Source: Candidatus Methanophagales archaeon (GTDB taxonomy: Archaea > Halobacteriota > Syntropharchaeia > Alkanophagales > Methanospirareceae). Taken from it: a stretch of DNA of 64,000 nucleotides. Shown piece after piece: positions 18,704 to 27,884 of this stretch. The position numbers and the translations under genes were made by a program. Positions within the stretch are counted from its first letter, which is position 1. The number at the start of each line of letters is the position of its first letter. The DNA lies in NCBI GenBank assembly GCA_030602585.1, contig JAUVZJ010000004.1, positions 279 to 64,278 of the forward strand, read 5' to 3'. Under the pieces are notes generated by a model. That model worked only from the letters and a program-made list of their open reading frames with translations. It did not search any database and had not been told where the DNA came from.

Positions 18704-19735
18704 TTATCCTTCACTTCCGTTTTCACCCAATAATCTGTCCACGAGCCATTCGGCATCGAATTTCTCTAAATCGTCATAGCCCTGACCGGTTCCTAAGAAC
18801 AAAATAGGTTTAGAGGTAGAATGAGCGATGGAAATAGCCGCTCCGCCTTTCGCATCCACATCCACCTTTGTCAGCATAGAGGCATCTATTCCTATGACTT
18901 CGTTAAATTTCTTCGCCCGTTCCACTGCATCGTTACCGGCAACCGCTTCATCCACGAATATCACCAGGTCTGGCTTTGTCACACGACATATCTTCTTCAA
19001 CTGTTCCATAAGATTTATGGAAGTGTGCATTCTTCCTGCGGTATCTGCCAGAATCACCTCTTTTCTATTCGCCCTCGCGTATTTCATCGCATCATATACA
19101 ACCGCGGCGGGGTCTGCACCATATTCATGCTTAATCACTTTAATTCCTAAATTAGATGCATGCAGCTCTATCTGTTCCGTTGCCCCTGCGCGGTAAGTAT
19201 CCGCAGATGCAATCACCACCGAATAACCCGTTCCAAGCAAGTTCTTCGCTACTTTTGCAATACTCGTGGTCTTACCAGTGCCATTCACGCCTACAAAAAC
19301 GATGTTTACCGGCTTCTCGCTCTTAGCCACGAACTCCTCAAAATCCAGTTCTGCATCCGCGGAAAAAACATTCAACAACGCATCTCTTATCGCTCCTTTT
19401 ACCAATCCCTCTGTATTCACACCCCATTTCTTCCTCTTACCTACTAATTCTTTCTTCACACTTGATATAATATCCTCAGCCACCGACAACGCAACGTCGC
19501 TCTCCAATAACGCTATCTCCAGCTCCTCCAGCGGTTTTTCCAAATCTTTATCATCTAAAATCGTCTCGCCCTCCAATATCGCCTTGCCCTTCTCCTTTAT
19601 CTTCTCCCCTATTCCCTTTGTCGCCTTTTCTTCCTCTCTTCCTTCCTCTACCTCTTCTTCCTTACCCTTCTCCTTTATTGTCTCCACGACGGTTTCTCGA
19701 AATTCGCTGAGCTTCTTCCTTACCCGGTCAAACAT
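18704..19735 (-). CDS. ftsY: signal recognition particle receptor FtsY
   Basis: SRP54-type GTPase NG domain (VGVNGTGKTTSIAKVA...DTAGR...TKVD) with acidic N-terminal region. Confidence 0.85.
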   Translation of the reverse strand: MFDRVRKKLSEFRETVVETIKEKGKEEEVEEGREEEKATKGIGEKIKEKGKAILEGETILDDKDLEKPLEELEIALLESDVALSVAEDIISSVKKELVGKRKKWGVNTEGLVKGAIRDALLNVFSADAELDFEEFVAKSEKPVNIVFVGVNGTGKTTSIAKVAKNLLGTGYSVVIASADTYRAGATEQIELHASNLGIKVIKHEYGADPAAVVYDAMKYARANRKEVILADTAGRMHTSINLMEQLKKICRVTKPDLVIFVDEAVAGNDAVERAKKFNEVIGIDASMLTKVDVDAKGGAAISIAHSTSKPILFLGTGQGYDDLEKFDAEWLVDRLLGENGSEG

Positions 19736-19786
19736 TTTCGCTTCTTCTTTTTCCTTACCCTTTTCTCTTTATATTTCCGCTTTAGT

Positions 19787-20269
19787 TCAGATTTGACTTT
19801 GCCTTCCACTCGCGGATGCGAGCTCTTGCAATCTTGCCTGTAATTTCTGCGCCTCTTGCTCCATCTTTTGCAATACTCCGGTCATTTCACGCTGTGAATT
19901 CTCTAACTCACCCCTCTTTTCAGTAAGATACTCAATCGAAGAATCCGGGTCTTTTTCCGCGCTTACTCCCCCACCTATTCTGACTATTACTTTATCAGTA
20001 TTGCTGAGAGTAACGTAAACAGACGAGTTAGCACCTACTGGCACTATCAGCTCGTCCCCTGCTTTCAACTTCTTCAACTGTTTTATCGTCTCTATCGCCT
20101 TCTCATGCTCGCCTATCGCCTGTCTGACAAACATCAATTCTTGAGACGCCGTCTCCGCCTGCGCCTGGTATTGTCGCAATTGTAAAAGCAGCGATTGCAC
20201 TTCTGCTTGCTGCGCGCTCTCTCGCTCGGTTATCCCTATCTCTCTCTCCTCCATTTTTATCGCCTTCAA
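19787..20269 (-). CDS. pfdA: prefoldin alpha subunit
   Basis: Coiled coil / beta-hairpin (LIVPVGANSSVYVTL...VIVRIGGGVSAE) / coiled coil; canonical archaeal neighbour of ftsY. Confidence 0.75.
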   Translation of the reverse strand: MKAIKMEEREIGITERESAQQAEVQSLLLQLRQYQAQAETASQELMFVRQAIGEHEKAIETIKQLKKLKAGDELIVPVGANSSVYVTLSNTDKVIVRIGGGVSAEKDPDSSIEYLTEKRGELENSQREMTGVLQKMEQEAQKLQARLQELASASGRQSQI

Positions 20270-20305
20270 GATTTAATATTCTTTTACCCTTATAAATTAA
20301 AAAAA

Positions 20306-20710
20306 ATGAAAATAAAAGGCAGGAGTATCTCAAAGGGAGTGGCTACCGGAAAAGCATTGATTTCAAAGCAAGAAATTTCATTCCTCGGTGCAGTAAACCC
20401 TGTCACTGGCATCATCGTAGATAAATCTCTTGACATCTATGGAGAATGCATAACGAATCGCATTTTGATATTTCCCGGTGGAAAAGGCTCAACTGTTGGC
20501 TCTTATGTAATATACCAGCTTAAAAAGCATGGGAAAAGCCCGTATGCCATGATCAATCGCCGTGCAGATACAATAGTGGCAGTGGGTGCGATTATAGCGG
20601 AGATACCCGCGGTTGACTCGCTTGAGATTGATCCGGTTGATGGTGAGCTGATAGAGGATGGAGAGGAGGTGCTTGTGAATGGAACCGAGGGCTACATTGA
20701 ATTACAGTGA
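20306..20710 (+). CDS. UPF0107/DUF126 protein (aconitase-X swivel domain; candidate phosphomevalonate dehydratase small subunit)
   Basis: Start at MKIKGR; motifs GKALISKQEISFLGAVNPVTGII...FPGGKGSTVGSYVIY match the DUF126 family. Confidence 0.55.
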   Translation: MKIKGRSISKGVATGKALISKQEISFLGAVNPVTGIIVDKSLDIYGECITNRILIFPGGKGSTVGSYVIYQLKKHGKSPYAMINRRADTIVAVGAIIAEIPAVDSLEIDPVDGELIEDGEEVLVNGTEGYIELQ

Positions 20711-21671
20711 AGAAAAAGAAAATGAAACGAGGAAAACGTTGGAAAGGCAGGGATACCACTTCGTAGGAGCGAAGAAGCACAGTGCGGTGAAAACCTGTTT
20801 ATGGTTAAGGAAATCTCTTAGAGGAGAGGGAAATTGCTATAAGGGCAAATTTTACGGCATCCGCGCGCATCGGTGCATCCAGATGACGCCTTCTATTTTC
20901 TGTAATCAGCGATGTGTCCATTGCTGGCGCCCTCTTGAGGCATTTAACATGGGAACAGAAGAGAAGCATGTCGTTTGGGATTCGCCTGACGAGATAGTGG
21001 AAGAGAGTATAAAAGAGCAAAAGAGGCTTATTTCCGGGTTTAAAGGCTCTGACAAAACCAGCATGGATGCATTTGCAGAGGCTGAAGTTCCAAAACACGC
21101 CGCTATTTCGCTCATAGGCGAGCCTACACTGTATCCGTATTTAAAGGAGCTTGTTCAGGAATTCCATTCGCATGGCATGACCACTTTTGTGGTGACGAAC
21201 GGCACGAATCCTGATGTGCTGCGAGAAATACGCCCTTCTCAGTTGTATTTATCATTGAATGCACCGGACGAAGCCATTTACAAAAAAGTTTCACACGCCA
21301 ATCACTGGTCTCGTATAAAAGAATCGCTGGAAGTGCTGAAAAGGCAGAAAGGGAGAACGAGAACAGTCGTAAGAATCACCTGTGTAGAAGGACTGAATAT
21401 GGTGAATCCAGAAGGCTATGCCGAATTGTTAGAAATAGCAAATCCCGATTTTGTCGAGGTGAAGGCATATATGCACATCGGGTATTCGAGAAAACGGTTG
21501 AGTAGAGATGCTATGCCCACGCATTCACGAGTAAAAGAATTTGCAAGCGAAATTGCGGATTTTTTAGCATCTGCATCTAACTATGACTATAAGATAGTAG
21601 ATGAATCGGAGATAAGCCGGGTGGTTCTTATTTCATCAACAAGCTTGGAGATGTCGAGGCGAAAGATTTAA
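20679..21671 (+). CDS. taw1: tRNA wybutosine-pathway radical SAM enzyme Taw1 (4-demethylwyosine synthase)
   Basis: HSAVKTCLW...CNQRCVHC (Cx3Cx2C) and TYW1-like length; overlaps the preceding gene by ~30 nt, so the start is uncertain. Confidence 0.7.
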   Translation: MEPRATLNYSEEKENETRKTLERQGYHFVGAKKHSAVKTCLWLRKSLRGEGNCYKGKFYGIRAHRCIQMTPSIFCNQRCVHCWRPLEAFNMGTEEKHVVWDSPDEIVEESIKEQKRLISGFKGSDKTSMDAFAEAEVPKHAAISLIGEPTLYPYLKELVQEFHSHGMTTFVVTNGTNPDVLREIRPSQLYLSLNAPDEAIYKKVSHANHWSRIKESLEVLKRQKGRTRTVVRITCVEGLNMVNPEGYAELLEIANPDFVEVKAYMHIGYSRKRLSRDAMPTHSRVKEFASEIADFLASASNYDYKIVDESEISRVVLISSTSLEMSRRKI

Positions 21672-21732
21672 GGTTTATAACCGCTGTGCTTTGCCGCCTC
21701 CAAATTAAAAAAGATTGCCCAATCCAACAGCT

Positions 21733-23388
21733 CTATTTGATTGTCCTTAATTCCACCTCACACTCCGAGCAGAACCGCTCATCCGCTTGCACTTCCTTAC
21801 CACAGTTTGGGCATTTCCTCGCCGAAGTAATTTCTGACCGCTGAACAGCACTGTCCTCAATATTAACACTTGTTGCACTTTCACCATGTCCACCAAAACT
21901 CGTTCTCTGCACAACCGAATCAATAATATTAATCACCTGCTTGCTCTCGATAATTCCAATCTCCTTTGCCGATTGAACCGACCCCACAAGATGTCGTATG
22001 CTGTTTCCAATCTCGTTTAAGAACCCGTGCAGACCGTAAGGCTTATCCGAATATGCGCGGAGTGCGACTTGAGTAAAGTTATTATAAGGCTGAATGACCG
22101 CAGTGAGCAGATAATACGCCTTTTCTCCTATTGATTCACCTGCAAGGTTAACTATTTTTGCGGAGTCAATTTCATGTTCGCTGATAACATAAAGCCGATG
22201 CGCACATGCTTCTTTGACAAATTCTGTAATTTCATTGACGCTGATTCCACTGAACGATAAACCTTCCTGAATATGTTCGCATGTATTTGCGAGTTCTGCG
22301 AATTCGCCTTCTCGCATCGCTTTTTCCTTGAGGAATGGGCAAACGCAATGCACCTCTTTCGGTCGCATCTGCACCGCTTGCTTTTCTCCTGTGTGGTCTT
22401 TGTAGGTTATGGTTGCATCTATTTTTTCGTTGTGGATGCAGCCAAGCGGTGTAAGTATGTATTCCGCAGTTCGCTCTCCATGAGGGTCAATGTTGGCGAG
22501 ACTTTGAACCACATTGTCGTTAAAGGAGAAGAGTGTTTTTGGATAGGCGAGTATGGTTTCTACATCCATTATCGCAGAGTCGGTGTTGTTGATGATGCGG
22601 ATACCGAATCGGAGGTCGTTGTTTTGTAATACTTCGTAGCCTCGTTTTATCTCTACCTTTGCCAGCGTAACTTCTTCCGTAGGGATGGATGTGGAAGGAC
22701 CTGTTCTGGCGGTGACCGTTCCAATTTCTATGGACTTGTTATAGGTTTCGTCTTCCAAGTCCTCGAATGACAATTTAAAAGTTCCAATGTTTATCTGCCC
22801 TGCAACAGATGGATTGAGTTTAAACGGCACCTCTCTATCAGAACCGGGATCAATTTTTTCTATTTTAACTTCGTTTTTACTGATGCAATCAATTTCAACT
22901 GGATGTAGCACAGAAATTACAATATTTTTTGCTACAACCATTCCTGTATTCCGTAATTTCAGCGAGACCACATTATCCTCGCCCACCTGTAAGAATGCAG
23001 GCACTGATGGCTCTGCTATCAGCTCAGGTTCTGGTGGATACACAACAAACTCCTCACGTAGTGATTTTGAGTAATTAGCGCAGGTTACTTCAACAGATAC
23101 ACTTTGTTTTCCTGCTTTGAGTGCTTTGATTGGAATATCAAGTTCTGTGGATGACTGCTTTGGAATTGTGTTTATCGTTGGCTCCGTGAGTATTTCGATG
23201 CCGTCTGATGCCGTTACAGCGATTGAAATTGGGTCTGCGTTTGCGTAGCCGTAGCCTGTGTTTTTTACATGTAGCGTTAATTCGCCAGATTCGAGTGCAT
23301 TCAGGGTCGGGATGGTCATGAAAAGCGTGAGGTTTGGAGCTCCTTTGCGATGGCTGGTTATTACTTTATGGGCTATGCCTATGAACAT
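21733..23388 (-). CDS. surface/secreted multi-domain protein with beta-sandwich repeats and C-terminal zinc ribbon
   Basis: 551 aa; repeated Ig-like segments; C-terminal CPNCGKEVQADERFCSECEVEL zinc ribbon; the upstream in-frame extension encodes a TM helix but has no canonical start. Confidence 0.5.
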   Translation of the reverse strand: MFIGIAHKVITSHRKGAPNLTLFMTIPTLNALESGELTLHVKNTGYGYANADPISIAVTASDGIEILTEPTINTIPKQSSTELDIPIKALKAGKQSVSVEVTCANYSKSLREEFVVYPPEPELIAEPSVPAFLQVGEDNVVSLKLRNTGMVVAKNIVISVLHPVEIDCISKNEVKIEKIDPGSDREVPFKLNPSVAGQINIGTFKLSFEDLEDETYNKSIEIGTVTARTGPSTSIPTEEVTLAKVEIKRGYEVLQNNDLRFGIRIINNTDSAIMDVETILAYPKTLFSFNDNVVQSLANIDPHGERTAEYILTPLGCIHNEKIDATITYKDHTGEKQAVQMRPKEVHCVCPFLKEKAMREGEFAELANTCEHIQEGLSFSGISVNEITEFVKEACAHRLYVISEHEIDSAKIVNLAGESIGEKAYYLLTAVIQPYNNFTQVALRAYSDKPYGLHGFLNEIGNSIRHLVGSVQSAKEIGIIESKQVINIIDSVVQRTSFGGHGESATSVNIEDSAVQRSEITSARKCPNCGKEVQADERFCSECEVELRTIK

Positions 23389-23453
23389 TAGGAGTCCTAG
23401 GAGTATGCCAGCTCCGTAGAGTATTAGTTGCTTTGTTTTTGCCTTTTCGGCAC

Positions 23454-24527
23454 TTATTCTTGCGTTTTCAGCACTTGTTTTTGCCTGGTTTGCGAATTGA
23501 CCGCCTCTTGATACTGTTTGTTTTCAAGTGCTGTTTTTGCCTGGTTCAAGAGATTTTGAGCCTCTGCTGTATCTGCTCCGATTTTGTTTGCAGAGGCGAT
23601 TTCGGATTGTGCTTTCGAAATTGCATTCGTGATTGTAGATAGTAGTTCAATCTTTGATTTAGTAGCGAACGCATACACACAATAATCCGGCGAGCAAACA
23701 TACACCACACCGTCTGCCACCGCAGGTGACCTGACAGGTGACCTGACAGTGCCACCCGTTTTGTATTTCCATTTCTCTGCACCACTATCGGCATCTAACG
23801 CATACATATAATCATAACCCGAGCCAACAACTACACCGCCTGCTACCACTGGTGACGAACTGACCCAATCATCCTTTTTGTATTTCCACTTCTCTTTACC
23901 ACTATCGGCATCTAACGCATACACATAATCACCCGAGCCAACATACACCACACCGTCTGCTACCGCTGGTGACGAACTGAACCAGCCACCCGTTTTGTAT
24001 TTCCATTTCTCTGCACCACTATCGGCATCTAACGCATACACATAACTATCAGCCGAGCCAACATACACCACTCCGTCTGCTACCGCTGGTGACGAATGAA
24101 CAGAATCACCCGTTTCGTATTTCCATTTCTCTTCCCCACTATCGGCATCTAACGCATACACATAATCATCATACGAGCCGACATACACCACTCCGTCTGC
24201 TACCGCAGGTGACGAACTGACACCATCACCAGGTTTGAATTTCCACAATAGTTCCAGCGGCGGTTCAGCTTCACCATCTGCTTGTCCGGTATGTGCGGGG
24301 TCGTGGCGGAACATGGGCCAGTCGGTTGATGTGAGTGTTTTAATTGATGTGGGGGTTGGTGCTGTTAATACAAGGGTTGTTTCGACCTCTTTCTGATACT
24401 GCCCGCCATCCAGTTCCGCAGATGCTGGCATTGTCACTAACGACAGCAATCCAACAACAACCAGTACTACAATAACTATCCCTATTTTTCCTTGTTCGTT
24501 CTTAATTTTTATTTCCATTTTCCTCAT
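23454..24527 (-). CDS. PQQ-repeat beta-propeller protein with N-terminal membrane anchor
   Basis: Six or more repeats of AVADGVVYVGSxDxYVYALDADSGxEKWKYKTG; N-terminal TM; C-terminal coiled coil. Confidence 0.7.
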   Translation of the reverse strand: MRKMEIKIKNEQGKIGIVIVVLVVVGLLSLVTMPASAELDGGQYQKEVETTLVLTAPTPTSIKTLTSTDWPMFRHDPAHTGQADGEAEPPLELLWKFKPGDGVSSSPAVADGVVYVGSYDDYVYALDADSGEEKWKYETGDSVHSSPAVADGVVYVGSADSYVYALDADSGAEKWKYKTGGWFSSSPAVADGVVYVGSGDYVYALDADSGKEKWKYKKDDWVSSSPVVAGGVVVGSGYDYMYALDADSGAEKWKYKTGGTVRSPVRSPAVADGVVYVCSPDYCVYAFATKSKIELLSTITNAISKAQSEIASANKIGADTAEAQNLLNQAKTALENKQYQEAVNSQTRQKQVLKTQE

Positions 24528-24831
24528 GTGAAAATCTATTTCCCTATTTTTAAAGGGACAAACTGATGATAAAAAGTTTAGTATTGTTTCAATTATTATT
24601 ACAAATATAAGCTAAAAAATTTAAAATATTCGAAATTTAATTTCGGAATTGTGATAACTTTATATAGCAGATAGTTCATACCTTAAGTAAAAGATGTGCA
24701 GGCTAATGGATGAGGCGTAAAAAGAATGAATAGGGAAATTTTTGGAGATAAGTGTTTCATACAGAGAGATGTATACAAACCAAGTTTGGATATACAACGT
24801 TATATGAAATTGCCAGTTGGTGGAATGAGAA

Positions 24832-25875
24832 ATGGATATTGAAAGAGCCGTAGAGAAGTATCTAGTTGCGATTAGAAGCGATATTTTCGCAGAATATGAA
24901 AAAGAATTTGCTCAGAAAATTACTTCTGCACTGGCGAAAGGATATCTTCAAAATTCACATGAAACACCTTTGGTTCAAATTGTAGAAGATGTAGTTAACA
25001 ACGTTGATAACTTAAATAGGAAAGATCACTTTGAGTTATCAACAAGATCCATTTTCATTCATGGAAACAAATCACAAGTCAAGTTTGATTGTTACGGACA
25101 GAGCGTGCCATCAATAGAGTTGGGCGACTTAATATTCATTATCTCAGTTGTTTTTGATAATAAGAAATATTTTGAGAAATTCACAATCAATCAATTTAAA
25201 AGGGATAAAAGAAACACCAAAAGCATATCTTGGAGTATAGGCAATAGAAAACAACTTTATTTGTTATCACGATTTCCAACATTCCGAGGAGTGAAAGGTC
25301 TTATCCCAAAGAAGGATTTTAATTTACCGAATTATTCGGGCTGTTTAGGTTCTTATGGATTACTTTACAATCCAGGAGACTTTGCCTTTGTTAGCGCTAC
25401 TGGATTAGATTCCTTTATCGGTCATAAGAAGACTCTGAAAAAGAAAGAGCTCTATCATTTGACTGAAAAGTACCTGTTTCCCTATTTTCCCTATTTTTAT
25501 CCCGATATAGATGAGTTACTTTCTTTGTCATCCGAATTCAAGAGGTATTTGTCATGGAATCTTTTTGGCAATTATCATCGTGCATATAACGTATTTGATT
25601 TTGCACATAAATACCTGAGAGTAGGCATTGGTGAACCTATATTTATGAAAATAGGAATATATAACTCACTAGCCAAAAACTTTCTTCATGAGTTGTTCTC
25701 GGCAGTAAAAATCAAAGCAAGAAGAGAGCGGGATATATTAAAGTTCATAGACGGGTTTTTTAGATATGATTATGCAAGCAGTGAAGGAGAAGGTAGTTTT
25801 AGAGGAAATATAGAATTTGATTTTGAGGGAGGGGGAATAGGGATAATTCATACAATAATAAATCTAGGTGAGTAA
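24832..25875 (+). CDS. island ORF 1: hypothetical protein with PD-(D/E)xK-like nuclease core motif
   Basis: AT-rich 347-aa ORF; segment ELGDLIFIISVVFDNKK fits the hhhD...hhh(D/E)xK pattern; no other recognisable features. Confidence 0.4.
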   Translation: MDIERAVEKYLVAIRSDIFAEYEKEFAQKITSALAKGYLQNSHETPLVQIVEDVVNNVDNLNRKDHFELSTRSIFIHGNKSQVKFDCYGQSVPSIELGDLIFIISVVFDNKKYFEKFTINQFKRDKRNTKSISWSIGNRKQLYLLSRFPTFRGVKGLIPKKDFNLPNYSGCLGSYGLLYNPGDFAFVSATGLDSFIGHKKTLKKKELYHLTEKYLFPYFPYFYPDIDELLSLSSEFKRYLSWNLFGNYHRAYNVFDFAHKYLRVGIGEPIFMKIGIYNSLAKNFLHELFSAVKIKARRERDILKFIDGFFRYDYASSEGEGSFRGNIEFDFEGGGIGIIHTIINLGE

Positions 25876-26025
25876 TGATGGTGACTTTATATAACAAAAT
25901 ATATCTGGCTTTGCGCCTTCGGCACTCCGCCAAAATTTGCTCCGCTATCACTTCACAAACTTCAGATACGCTAGGAACGTTTAGCGAGATTGGGTTAAAC
26001 TTACCAGTAAGAAAGGAGGTTTTAG

Positions 26026-26460
26026 ATGGCAGTAATTAGTGCAACTCTAGATTGGGACGGTGTATGGGTGATAAAGGAGGATGAGATACCTTCTAATATC
26101 CCCGATGAAGAAGGGATTTATATGGTCCACAGTGGAAAACGCTCTGACGAACCCAACAAATGGGTCCCATCATCCTATGAATTGCTGTACATTGGAGAAG
26201 CTGAAGAAGTCCGCTCTAGAATTGCCGGGCACGAAAAGTGGTCATGTTGGAAGCGGAATTGTAAAAACCACATACTTTTGAAAGTGGCCAGATGTAGATT
26301 CGGAACTACAAAAAGGCAAAAGGTTGAGTGTTGCTTGATATACAAGACTAAGCCAACCTGCAATGATGAATGCAAAGACGATTTCCCTCATAAGAATGAC
26401 ACAATCCAGATAACAAATACAGGTATGATATCGCCTTTGAAAGATAACTATACTTGCTAA
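26026..26460 (+). CDS. island ORF 2: GIY-YIG-like nuclease domain protein with Cys-rich tail
   Basis: GIYMV (aa 30-34), LLYIGEA (53-59), VRSRIAGHE (Arg/His/Glu); C-terminal Cys cluster; RBS AGGAGG upstream. Confidence 0.45.
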   Translation: MAVISATLDWDGVWVIKEDEIPSNIPDEEGIYMVHSGKRSDEPNKWVPSSYELLYIGEAEEVRSRIAGHEKWSCWKRNCKNHILLKVARCRFGTTKRQKVECCLIYKTKPTCNDECKDDFPHKNDTIQITNTGMISPLKDNYTC

Positions 26461-26534
26461 GTTGGGGCTAGCAACTTAGCCTAACAGCGTGTATCTAGCT
26501 CAGCTACGCTTCGCCAACATTTAGGATAGATGCT

Positions 26535-27188
26535 ATGGATGAAAATCCGAGAAAATACATTGTAAGTATAAGTATCTCCTCGGTAAATTATACATACAAA
26601 AAATCCGAGGAACTAATGTTTCTAACCCAAAGGTTCCCAGAGCAATCAAATACTTTAGCTGCATGTGCAGTTGTTCTTTTTGCAGCAACTTTGGATCAAG
26701 GCACTTTAACTGTCTTAAAAACACTGATTAACCAATATGCGGCCACTAACTTGATAGATACTGACAGTGTTCCTTTTAGTCGTGTAGTAAAGGAATCATT
26801 AAAGAACCGTATTATGAAACTTCCAAGTATAGTAACAGAAGCAAAGTACTGTCTCAGATCAGATATAAAAGAAGTTGAACATTTATACGCTATAGTAACC
26901 ACTAGGAACAATCTCGTTCACATTCAAGATGATATCCGTTTAATCTATAACCCAGAAGTTAAATATGTTGAAGAAAAGGGGGTGTTTCAAACAGTTATCA
27001 AACACCCGAACCCGTGGAAAGATGTTACTTTGAACAAAGTCAAGCAGTATTACCAATCTTTTAGGACTTATTACAACCAAGTGTTATTTCCTTCATATGA
27101 AATACCCGATTCCAAATTGTTACAAAAGAATAATAAAGAAGAAAAAAATACATACTATCAGATATACTTGAATGCCCTATCAGGGTAA
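26535..27188 (+). CDS. island ORF 3: hypothetical protein with HEPN-like R-N-x3-H motif
   Basis: TTRNNLVH at aa 123-129 matches the Rx4-6H HEPN catalytic motif with a polar residue after Arg. Confidence 0.35.
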   Translation: MDENPRKYIVSISISSVNYTYKKSEELMFLTQRFPEQSNTLAACAVVLFAATLDQGTLTVLKTLINQYAATNLIDTDSVPFSRVVKESLKNRIMKLPSIVTEAKYCLRSDIKEVEHLYAIVTTRNNLVHIQDDIRLIYNPEVKYVEEKGVFQTVIKHPNPWKDVTLNKVKQYYQSFRTYYNQVLFPSYEIPDSKLLQKNNKEEKNTYYQIYLNALSG

Positions 27189-27231
27189 TGTTGACCCATC
27201 CTAGTTTTTAGACAAAATAATACGCGGCACA

Positions 27232-27591
27232 ATGTCGTATAACTACACATTTGAGGCTCCACTCGGATTTGAGCCCAATGTTAATCTACACGAGAAGCTA
27301 TCACGGTGCCACGGCTTAAAAGAATACAAGAAGCTATGGAAAGAAGAACTAACACGTAAAGATCAAACTATTCCTTTACTCACCGAGATAGTAGAAAATT
27401 GGAATGAGTTCACTGATGCTTTTAATCTACGGCATACACTTATTCACGGACGGGGGACTTGCTCAAGGAATATGGCAGAAAAGCCTGTCGAAGAAATGCT
27501 TTTGGCAACTGATGCTCTGTATGATTTTGCGCGGTCTCGTGGAAAAAACCTTAATGACCGACTTCCTGTTCGCAGGAAAAAAGCGAATTAG
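27232..27591 (+). CDS. island ORF 4: hypothetical protein with HEPN-like R-H-x3-H motif
   Basis: FNLRHTLIHG at aa 64-73; 119 aa; 43 nt downstream of ORF 3. Confidence 0.35.
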   Translation: MSYNYTFEAPLGFEPNVNLHEKLSRCHGLKEYKKLWKEELTRKDQTIPLLTEIVENWNEFTDAFNLRHTLIHGRGTCSRNMAEKPVEEMLLATDALYDFARSRGKNLNDRLPVRRKKAN

Positions 27592-27690
27592 CAAAGACAA
27601 ATAGGCCGGCGCTATCTCTCTTAACATGTGAAAAATAGCCTAAACATATAACTTAATATAGATAAAAAAGAATAAAATAAGCAACTAAAA

Positions 27691-27882
27691 ATGGAAAGCA
27701 GAATAATATTTGATACCAAAAGGCTCATTAAAGAATTAGGTATATCTCAGGAAGAATACAAAGAATTAGAAAAAACCGTTAAAAAAGAATTCCCACAGGA
27801 TGAAATGATGTTTCAGTTACATCTTTTGCGGGCATTAAAATCTATAAGCCATAAGAAAGCTAAGGAAAGAGGAACGTTTTAG
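27691..27882 (+). CDS. small protein, putative antitoxin partner of the downstream PIN protein
   Basis: 63 aa, helical and charged; ends 2 nt before the PIN gene. Confidence 0.35.
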   Translation: MESRIIFDTKRLIKELGISQEEYKELEKTVKKEFPQDEMMFQLHLLRALKSISHKKAKERGTF

Positions 27883-27884
27883 CG

